Position numbers and translations under genes: made by a program. 64,000 bases of DNA from a virus (taxonomy: Duplodnaviria; Caudoviricetes): positions 1-64,000 of the IMG/VR virus record IMGVR_UViG_3300042885_000751; one strand, 5' to 3'. The notes under the pieces were generated by a model that saw only the letters and a list, made by a program, of their open reading frames with translations, was not told the DNA's origin and ran no database searches. This document shows, piece by piece, positions 1 to 7,838 of the stretch (position 1 is its first letter; each line of letters opens with the position of its first letter).

Positions 1-1
1 T

Positions 2-214
2 ACAGACTTAAAAAGATGGCAAGCAGAAAAATGGCAAGATACAAAATCAGGAAAAGCTTGTGGGGCTGGTGGTAAAAATGAATACTGCCGGCCAACCAAG
101 AAAGTATCTAAGGATACACCTAAAACTAAGTATGAACTTACTCCTTCTAAACTAGCTGCAAAGAAAGCTGAAAAGTCTAAAGTAGGTATGGGTAGAAGAG
201 TTAAAAATGTATAG
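2..214 (+). CDS. 3' part of a small basic phage protein (DUF5872-like), truncated by the window edge
   Basis: Manual translation of frame 2: TDLKRWQAEKWQDTKSGKACGAGGKNEYCRPTKKVSKDTPKT...KNV*. The LKRW..EKW.D..G..CG...YCRP.K.VS..TPKT pattern is recognised from memory. Not in the ORF track. Confidence 0.65.
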   Translation, partial: TDLKRWQAEKWQDTKSGKACGAGGKNEYCRPTKKVSKDTPKTKYELTPSKLAAKKAEKSKVGMGRRVKNV

Positions 215-216
215 TC

Positions 217-726
217 ATGGCAAATAAAGTTAAACTTACTATAGGTACTGAAAAGCATGTAGTATATAAAAAGACTACTAAAAGAGGTGAAGGTAAAGTT
301 GGTGATATTATGGTGAATCATACAAATAAAAATAAAGGTTCATATGATACTATTAGCTTAACTAGAACTGCTAAAGCTAAAACTGTTGCTCAAGGTGTTA
401 AAGCTGAAAAGGATTGGCACAAAAAGAATGATAAAATGCCCAAAATGAAAAGTGGAGGTAGTACTCCTGCTTGGACACGTAAGGAAGGTAAAAATCAAAC
501 AGGTGGTTTAAATGCTAAAGGAGTAGCAAGTTATAGAGCTGCTAATCCTGGAAGTAAACTTAAGATGGCTGTTACTACTAAACCTTCTAAGTTAGATCCT
601 GATAGTAAAGATGCTAAGAGACGCAAGAGCTTCTGTAGTAGAATGTCAGGGATGCCAGGTCCTGCTAAAAAACCAAATGGAGAACCAACAAGAAAAACTC
701 TTGCTTTGAGAAAGTGGAATTGTTAA
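217..726 (+). CDS. Basic protein with C-terminal DUF6321-like domain
   Basis: AWTRKEGKN..GGLNAKG.ASY...RRKSFCSRM.GM...LALRKWNC, preceded by the linker KMKSGG. Confidence 0.7.
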   Translation: MANKVKLTIGTEKHVVYKKTTKRGEGKVGDIMVNHTNKNKGSYDTISLTRTAKAKTVAQGVKAEKDWHKKNDKMPKMKSGGSTPAWTRKEGKNQTGGLNAKGVASYRAANPGSKLKMAVTTKPSKLDPDSKDAKRRKSFCSRMSGMPGPAKKPNGEPTRKTLALRKWNC

Positions 727-738
727 AATTTATATATT

Positions 739-1416
739 ATGAAAAAAATGCAAACAGGTGGTGCAAAAAAAACAGTTAAAAAAGTTGATGATAAAACATC
801 ATTTAAAGCTGGATTTAAAACTACTCCAATACCTCAAGCTTATAAAGCAGTTGGTAAAATGGCAAAGAATGTTGATGATGCAATTGAAAAAAGATATCCT
901 AATTATACAGGTCCAACATCTTTTTATGCTGGACTTAAATCTGGAGCAAAAACTTTACTTGGATATAAAAAAGGTGGAGTAACTAAAGAACATCCAATAA
1001 CTGCATTTAGAAAAGCTAATGAAGCTAGAGATGTAGTAGTTAAATCTTCTATGAAAAAAATGCAGACTGGCGGTGTTAAAATAAAAGAATCTAGTAAAGA
1101 TGCTTATTATAAAAATAATACTCAAAATTTTAAAGAATATAAAGCTACAACAGATGGTACTGTAAAAAGTACAAGAAAAACTTTTCCTGATGTTTCATCA
1201 AAACCTGCTATGGAAACTACACAATCTATGGATACTACAGGATATGCAAAAGGTAAAAAGTCTTTTAAGTTAACAAACTCATCTGTAGATTTAATTGATA
1301 AAAAAGTATATGGTGCTAAACCAAAAGTAACTGTAAAAAATATATCTAGAAATGATGTTAAAAAAGTTATTGGTGGTATGAAAAGCAATATTGGTAATGC
1401 TTCTAAAAAAAAATAA
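739..1416 (+). CDS. Lys-rich probable internal virion protein with xxGG motifs
   Basis: 225-aa ORF; MKKMQTGG occurs twice, plus YKKGG; no Cys. Confidence 0.6.
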   Translation: MKKMQTGGAKKTVKKVDDKTSFKAGFKTTPIPQAYKAVGKMAKNVDDAIEKRYPNYTGPTSFYAGLKSGAKTLLGYKKGGVTKEHPITAFRKANEARDVVVKSSMKKMQTGGVKIKESSKDAYYKNNTQNFKEYKATTDGTVKSTRKTFPDVSSKPAMETTQSMDTTGYAKGKKSFKLTNSSVDLIDKKVYGAKPKVTVKNISRNDVKKVIGGMKSNIGNASKKK

Positions 1417-1419
1417 CAG

Positions 1420-2118
1420 ATGCTTAATAGTACTATAGTTATAAAAGTAAAACAACGTCTTAACAAATTGGACAGCCAAGACTATGACAACATTGAATGT
1501 TGGCAAGTAGTAGAGTCTTTTAATAAGGCCCAAGTTGAATGGATCAGAAGACAACTTCATGGTATCAATATTGTAAAAGAAGGTGATGAGCAGTCTACTA
1601 GAAGAATAGATGACTTACAAATATTACTAGATACTATTAGCGTACCATTTGTTAAATCTGATATATCTTCTTATTCTGATTTACCTCCTGATTATTTACA
1701 ATGGAAACGTGTAGATATTCAAGCTAAAAAAGGATGTTGTGATGATAGAAGAATGTCAGTGTATCTTGCAGAAGAGGGCAACTTAAATCAATTACTATTT
1801 GATAATGCTAAAAAACCTAGTTTTGAGTGGGCTGAAACATTTGCAACTTTAAAAAATAATAGAGTCAATGTGTATACAAATAATGATTTTGATATTAGTT
1901 CTGGTAGTCTTACATATTATAGACAACCAATAAAAATCCAGATACAAGGATGTATAGATCCTTACACTAGTGTAGAAACTATTACAAATGTAAATTGTGA
2001 ATTTAAAGATGATATAGTTGAATTACTAATTGATGAAGCAGTTAGTATACTTGCTGGTGATATTGAATCAGGTAATCAATTCTCTAGAGGAACAGAAACA
2101 GCAGAAAGAAACAATTAA
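1420..2118 (+). CDS. crAss-like head-tail adaptor/ring protein
   Basis: RLNKLDS.DY...FNKAQ...DDLQ.L...LP.DY...YYRQP...CEF...ELLIDEAV pattern typical of crAss-like ring proteins; lies in the structural block. Confidence 0.65.
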   Translation: MLNSTIVIKVKQRLNKLDSQDYDNIECWQVVESFNKAQVEWIRRQLHGINIVKEGDEQSTRRIDDLQILLDTISVPFVKSDISSYSDLPPDYLQWKRVDIQAKKGCCDDRRMSVYLAEEGNLNQLLFDNAKKPSFEWAETFATLKNNRVNVYTNNDFDISSGSLTYYRQPIKIQIQGCIDPYTSVETITNVNCEFKDDIVELLIDEAVSILAGDIESGNQFSRGTETAERNN

Positions 2119-2129
2119 TATTTATTATA

Positions 2130-2627
2130 ATGGAACAAAACAGAATGTTAAAAAGAAATCCTGATACTACAAAAATCAGTAGACCTCAATTTAAAATTGA
2201 AGAAGTTAAACCTCAACCTACTAAAAATGCAAGTGTAGGTGGTAGTTCACTAGATACAATGGTTTCAGCATGTGCTACTGAATTAATGAATGCAAGAACA
2301 AGTATTCACAAGTTGCATTTAAAAGTAACAGGAGAAGGATCATTTGCTGCACATAAAGCATTAAATGAATTATATGATGCTTTACCTGATCATGCAGATA
2401 CTCTTATAGAAGGATATCAAGGAGCAGCTGAAAAAATTCTTTCTTATAGTGAAGTGGCTCCAAGAACTCTTGATACTGTAGCAGACGGTGTAAATTATCT
2501 TAGAGATATTTATGCAATGATAAATAAATTACAAGGTATGTTACCTTATTCAGAAATAGTAAATAACTTAGATCTTGTTAAAGATAGTATTAACTCAACC
2601 AAATATAAATTATTATTCTTGAAATAA
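2130..2627 (+). CDS. Ferritin/Dps-like protein (DUF5856-like)
   Basis: H.LHL.VTG..SFAAHKALNELYD...DTLIEGYQG...INSTKYKLLFL four-helix-bundle signature. Confidence 0.75.
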   Translation: MEQNRMLKRNPDTTKISRPQFKIEEVKPQPTKNASVGGSSLDTMVSACATELMNARTSIHKLHLKVTGEGSFAAHKALNELYDALPDHADTLIEGYQGAAEKILSYSEVAPRTLDTVADGVNYLRDIYAMINKLQGMLPYSEIVNNLDLVKDSINSTKYKLLFLK

Positions 2628-2690
2628 TTTTGTAAATAGAAATTATTTTATTATATTATATATATATTTATTAATTAAAATTAAATTATT

Positions 2691-4007
2691 ATGGCTTATT
2701 TTAATCATGCCTTTCAAAAGGCTTTTGTTGGAACACAAGGTTTTACAGGTCTTGGTGAAGGACAATTAGGAACACCAGGTAACATTCTTACTACAGGTGA
2801 TTTTGCATTTGTTGATCCAAAAACTTGGGAAGTTCTTGCTATTGATGCACCTCCTACAGGATGTTGCCCATTAATTCTTGCTTCAGGATCTTTGTATTCT
2901 AAAGATAAGATTGGTTCTCACGGTGGATATTTAGAATCTAATAAATCTAAAATCATCAACCCTAAGTATGTTAATAGATTCTACAGAGTAGATCCTAACA
3001 TTGCTCAACAAAATGTTATCAACATTGGGTTCACACCTTTTACTGCTGAAGATGGTGGTACTTGTGAAAGAGAATTTTTATGTGATGAGACTTACTCTTT
3101 ACGTATTGACGTTAAAGGTTCTCCTGCATTAAGATTTTTAAATCACAATGCTTACTTAACTGTTGATGCTTACACAGGATGTTGTCCTGCAGGAGCACTT
3201 GCTCCAACTCCAGTAGATGGTACTTTAGTTATGATCCAATGGGCTCAAGCAATTGTTGGTGAGATTTTACCTAATACAATTGTTAGTTCAGCAAGAACAG
3301 TAATTTCTCCATTTGTATTGCCAGTAGTTACTGCTGAAGATAATTCTTTATGGTATGCTCCAGGAACTGATACAACAGGTTTTGTTGCTCCAGTTGGTTA
3401 TACAATTGGTGGTACTTGGGATAACTATGTATCTCCAGGACATACTCCAGGTGAATACGCAGGTATTACTTTATTTGGTGCTTATGTTGGAACAGACTTC
3501 AGTGACTGTACATTTCAAACTTCTGATTTCTTTGAAAAAGAACCAGTTAAGTTGTATGCTTCTTTAGTAGATTACAATGGTGCTCCATGTGAATTTGAAG
3601 GATTATGTGTTGTTACTGAGTGTGCAGGTTTACAAGCAATGGGTCTTGGTGAATCAGTTGCTAGAGATGTAATCTTGTCAGAAAGATATAGACAAAACTT
3701 CTTTGCTACTGATCTTAGAATAAGAGAGGTAACTCAAGGAAATGAAATCTTGAATACTATTAACAGAACTGCATTCTATACAAGATATTACTTGCAACAT
3801 TCAGTTCCACGTTTCAATAACCCAACTGGTACATTTGATAATGATCAATACTTATTAGAAGTTATTACAACTGGTATTGATTTAGATTTTGAAAAATTTG
3901 TTGATGAGTGGATTCTTGCATGTGGTAACTGTATTGAATTAGAAGTAGTAGAAGCTATTACAGCTTGTACTCCACTTATTCCATTGGAAGCTGCACTTAT
4001 TCCATAA
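2691..4007 (+). CDS. Major structural protein (probable auxiliary capsid or collar protein)
   Basis: 438 aa with its own upstream AT-rich promoter-like region and a downstream terminator. Specific role inferred from position only. Confidence 0.55.
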   Translation: MAYFNHAFQKAFVGTQGFTGLGEGQLGTPGNILTTGDFAFVDPKTWEVLAIDAPPTGCCPLILASGSLYSKDKIGSHGGYLESNKSKIINPKYVNRFYRVDPNIAQQNVINIGFTPFTAEDGGTCEREFLCDETYSLRIDVKGSPALRFLNHNAYLTVDAYTGCCPAGALAPTPVDGTLVMIQWAQAIVGEILPNTIVSSARTVISPFVLPVVTAEDNSLWYAPGTDTTGFVAPVGYTIGGTWDNYVSPGHTPGEYAGITLFGAYVGTDFSDCTFQTSDFFEKEPVKLYASLVDYNGAPCEFEGLCVVTECAGLQAMGLGESVARDVILSERYRQNFFATDLRIREVTQGNEILNTINRTAFYTRYYLQHSVPRFNNPTGTFDNDQYLLEVITTGIDLDFEKFVDEWILACGNCIELEVVEAITACTPLIPLEAALIP

Positions 4008-4031
4008 GTAGTACAAAATTATATTACTAAC

Positions 4032-4066
4032 AAAGGGAGGTGAATTTATTTTCCCTCCCTTTTTTT
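4032..4066 (+). terminator. Intrinsic terminator
   Basis: AAAGGGAGG-loop-CCTCCCTTT followed by a T run, just after the 2691-4007 stop. Confidence 0.85.
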
Positions 4067-4076
4067 ATAAATTATT

Positions 4077-4622
4077 ATGGCACATCATTTATTAAGTTTA
4101 GAAGTACCTACTGTAATGAATACTTGTATAATATCAGTATTAGATACAAGTATTTATTCTCCATTGATGCCCGTATCATGTCCTACATTAAATGTAACTG
4201 TACCTGGATTTAATTATTCAACTCAACTTACAACAGTGCAAGGTGCAAACACAATTCTTACAGCATGTGATTTACAATTACAAACTCAAGGATGTGATGG
4301 TACAACATTTAGTGATTTACCAGATGGTATATATGTTATTAAATATAGTGTGTCACCTAATGATACAGTATTTGTAATATATAACCATTTAAGAATTACA
4401 AGAGCATTAAATATTTATAATAATATTTTATGTAAATTAGATCTTGCTGCGTGTGAACCACCTGCAAGTATTCAAAAGAAATTAGAGATATTGAAGATGG
4501 CTAAGATGTACTTGGATGCTGCAAAAGCAAAAGTAGAATTTTGTCATGAACCAACTCACGGAATGACCTTATATAATTATGCATTAAAGATAATGCGTAA
4601 GATAGAATGTAAAAATTGTTAA
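4077..4622 (+). CDS. Structural protein, probable Ig-like domain plus helical C-terminus
   Basis: LPDGIYVIKYSVSP beta-strand motif; Cys-containing; in the structural block. Confidence 0.55.
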   Translation: MAHHLLSLEVPTVMNTCIISVLDTSIYSPLMPVSCPTLNVTVPGFNYSTQLTTVQGANTILTACDLQLQTQGCDGTTFSDLPDGIYVIKYSVSPNDTVFVIYNHLRITRALNIYNNILCKLDLAACEPPASIQKKLEILKMAKMYLDAAKAKVEFCHEPTHGMTLYNYALKIMRKIECKNC

Positions 4623-4641
4623 ACCATTAAAAACCAACAAG

Positions 4642-4779
4642 ATGGCAAAATGTTCAAACTGCAGTAGAAATTTATCATGTGGCTGTCAAAAAAGAGTTGC
4701 ATCAAATAAAGCACAGGTATGTACAAACTGTATTTCAGCTTATGAAATGAAGCTTAAGCAATTACAACCAAAAAAATAA
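4642..4779 (+). CDS. Small Cys-rich (zinc-ribbon-like) protein, 45 aa
   Basis: Manual translation MAKCSNCSRNLSCGCQKRVASNKAQVCTNCISAYEMKLKQLQPKK*; CxxC, CGC, CxxC; fills the intergenic gap and ends 5 nt before the next ATG. Confidence 0.75.
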   Translation: MAKCSNCSRNLSCGCQKRVASNKAQVCTNCISAYEMKLKQLQPKK

Positions 4780-4784
4780 TTAAG

Positions 4785-6347
4785 ATGGCAATATATAAGT
4801 TATATAATTGTGAGAATGATGAAATAATATATACGGATACTGCTAATTGTCCTTCATGTAGTGCATATATTAATAAATTAATGCCAACTAATGGTTTATC
4901 ACTTCCTTGTTGGTATGTAACAATAGTAGATGTTCCAGTATATCCATTAGCTTTAGTTGGACCAAGTGAAGGAACATGTAGACCTTGTGAAACTAAATGT
5001 TATACAATTACTGGTATAGGCAATGTAACTTATATTAATTATTCTAGTCAACTTATAGAAGATACTATTCCAACAAGAATATGTTCAAAGTCATATCCAG
5101 ATGCTGTAGGCACTGATATTATTATTACAATGGGTGAACCATGTGTAGAAGTTCCTAATGATAAACTACTTATATGTTCAGATGTATGTTATGAATTAAC
5201 TAATTGTAAAACAGATGAGATAATAAATTCTAATTCACAAGAATTAGCATTTCCATATTCACTTAGTGAAACTGTTACACTTGCTGAATTTGAAGGATGT
5301 TGGACAATATCAATTGCAGAGGTATGTACATCTCCTATTCCTGTAACAGTACTTATTACATATACAGATTGTATAGACTGTCTTCCTGTGATTAATTACA
5401 GATTAGAATCATGTGATCCAGCTAGTGACTTTGTATTATATACATCAGAAGACTTATCAACATATGTTGATAGGATAGTAACTCTTGATGAATATGAAGG
5501 GTGTTTTTATGTGACTATATATGTTGGTGAAGTACCTTCTCCAGTAATAGCAACAGTATCTCTTGCTTATGATACATGTCAAGAATGTACTGTAACAAGA
5601 TATGCAGTAATAGATTGTGAAGGCATAGCTCCAACAGTATACACAACTACTGATTTATCTGCATACTTAACATCTATTATTAAACTTAAATTTTGTCCTG
5701 AGTCATGTTACTATGTTGAAGAAACTGATATAAATACTTCAGATGATTTAGTTGTAGTAGATGAAGTATATGAGTCATGTGAAGAATGTTTAACTAATAC
5801 AGTATGTTTCTGTAGTACAATAACTAATAATAGTACTGCAACTGCAACTTTTTCATTTAAAGATTGTGATAATGTAACTAAATCAATTACATTAGCAGCA
5901 GGAGCTACTAGTGTAAAGTTTTGTGTATTAAAATGGATATATCCTTTAGACTGGGATCTTCCTAAAATATTTACTGATAATGGTCCATGTGTAGATAATA
6001 GATGTCCAGCAGATGTTCCTTTTAAAAGTGTAAGACCAGGATATAATTCTCCAGCATGTTCAACTGAATACTATGAAAGAATAGCTTGTTCATACTCTCA
6101 TATCTTATATAAAGACGTTATAGCACAAAGATATGGTATTGCTCCATGTTGTCCGGAAGATGACTTGTATAGACTTGATATTAAATTTCAGTTATTAGAG
6201 TTACAAGCAATTATGAATCCTGATTATGTATGCAGACCTTTCCAAGATTGTTGTACACATAATACAGGTTGCGGATGTGGATGTAATACTCCTAATACTA
6301 ATAGTTGTCAACAAACTATAAATTGTGGTTGCGGTTGCAATTCTTAA
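4785..6347 (+). CDS. Cys-rich repeat structural protein
   Basis: Repeats of YxLxxC...YTxxDLSxY...GC.YV...V...YxxCxEC; CGCGC motifs at the C-terminus. Confidence 0.65.
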   Translation: MAIYKLYNCENDEIIYTDTANCPSCSAYINKLMPTNGLSLPCWYVTIVDVPVYPLALVGPSEGTCRPCETKCYTITGIGNVTYINYSSQLIEDTIPTRICSKSYPDAVGTDIIITMGEPCVEVPNDKLLICSDVCYELTNCKTDEIINSNSQELAFPYSLSETVTLAEFEGCWTISIAEVCTSPIPVTVLITYTDCIDCLPVINYRLESCDPASDFVLYTSEDLSTYVDRIVTLDEYEGCFYVTIYVGEVPSPVIATVSLAYDTCQECTVTRYAVIDCEGIAPTVYTTTDLSAYLTSIIKLKFCPESCYYVEETDINTSDDLVVVDEVYESCEECLTNTVCFCSTITNNSTATATFSFKDCDNVTKSITLAAGATSVKFCVLKWIYPLDWDLPKIFTDNGPCVDNRCPADVPFKSVRPGYNSPACSTEYYERIACSYSHILYKDVIAQRYGIAPCCPEDDLYRLDIKFQLLELQAIMNPDYVCRPFQDCCTHNTGCGCGCNTPNTNSCQQTINCGCGCNS

Positions 6348-6382
6348 TTAAAATTGTTATATTATAAATAGATACTAAAGAT

Positions 6383-7828
6383 ATGAAACCATTAAATTTT
6401 GATAATTCACCATGTAGTCCAACTTCTTCAAATTGTGTAATTTGGGCAGGTCCGGATTTAAAGTGTATAAACTTATGTAGAGGAGATTCTATTACTGATG
6501 TAGTTGAAAAACTTGCAACTGAGTTATGTGCAATTTTAGATACATTAAATATTAATTCTTATGATCTTGATTGTTTTAATTTAGTAAATTGTGCACCAAG
6601 TACTTTTACTGACTTGATTAATTTCTTAATACTTAAAGTATGTGAACTTGAAAATATTCCAGTTACTCCTGATGTACCTCCTTCAAATGGATGTCCTACA
6701 GATTGTATAGTATCAATAGCACCATGTTTTGTAAATGGTACTACAACTACAATGAATCTTACTGAGTATGTAATTGCTATTGGTGAAAAAATATGTGCAA
6801 TTATTGATGTTAATGCATTACAAGATATAGCAATTGCTGATCTAGATGTAAGAGTAACTGATTTAGAAAATACATCACCTCCATCATATACTACACCTAC
6901 TTTTACATTGGGTTGTACTATAGATACATTACCTAGTGGTAGTACACAAGCAATAGATCTTATATTACAAGTATTTATAAATGATATATGGTGTACTTAT
7001 GTTAGTACAACAGGTGATGCTGGATTATTAGCAACTGCAATTGCAAATCAAACTGTTGCATCTACTGATCTTTCAATAGCAAATCCTCTTGCACAGATGT
7101 CTGTACAATATGCAGTATTATGGTCAACACAATTACCAACACCTACTGTTGCTGGTACAATTAATAATATTTGGGCATGTATTGAAGATTTAAGAAATGG
7201 AAAAACAACTCTTACTGCTTTAGATACTGCAACAATCAATATGACAGTAACAGGAGGGCCAGCTTATGTAGTTAGTGCAGATGTAATTCCTTCAGCTCCA
7301 TCAGTTGCAGATACAGCAACTGTAAACTTATCAGTTGGTGCAGGTCCAACATATACATTAACAGCTGATACAATAGTACCAGGTGCAATGTTTGCACAAA
7401 TACAACCACCAAGTTTAACACTTGTTGTACCAGATTTAACAACTAGTTTAATTGATGGTACTACAATACTTTTAACAGAAATATATGATGATGATAATGC
7501 ATATAATGCTTTAACAGGTTTGTGGACTTGTCCAGCAACAGGAATATATAATTTTAGTTTTTATGTACATTTATCAGAAGGACTTGTTGGTTTTACATCA
7601 GGTAGTATTGTAGCTGGTATTACAAGTAGTACAGGTTCAATATATCATGTAGCTTCTACATGTGGAATTACTAATCAATCATTATATGTTGATCTTAATG
7701 GAACTATGTTAGGATTAGAAATGAATATAGGTACTCAAGTATGTCTCAGAGTAGTTAATTTTTCTAATGTAAATTATACAACATCTAGTGGTGACATTGC
7801 AAAAATGACAATACAAAAAGTTAAATAA
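6383..7828 (+). CDS. Tail fibre/spike protein with C-terminal C1q-like domain
   Basis: N-terminal NCVIWAGPDLKC anchor, short coiled coil (IADLDVRVTDLE), C-terminal YNALTGLWTCPATGIYNFSF typical of gC1q folds. Confidence 0.65.
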   Translation: MKPLNFDNSPCSPTSSNCVIWAGPDLKCINLCRGDSITDVVEKLATELCAILDTLNINSYDLDCFNLVNCAPSTFTDLINFLILKVCELENIPVTPDVPPSNGCPTDCIVSIAPCFVNGTTTTMNLTEYVIAIGEKICAIIDVNALQDIAIADLDVRVTDLENTSPPSYTTPTFTLGCTIDTLPSGSTQAIDLILQVFINDIWCTYVSTTGDAGLLATAIANQTVASTDLSIANPLAQMSVQYAVLWSTQLPTPTVAGTINNIWACIEDLRNGKTTLTALDTATINMTVTGGPAYVVSADVIPSAPSVADTATVNLSVGAGPTYTLTADTIVPGAMFAQIQPPSLTLVVPDLTTSLIDGTTILLTEIYDDDNAYNALTGLWTCPATGIYNFSFYVHLSEGLVGFTSGSIVAGITSSTGSIYHVASTCGITNQSLYVDLNGTMLGLEMNIGTQVCLRVVNFSNVNYTTSSGDIAKMTIQKVK

Positions 7829-7838
7829 ATAAAATACT

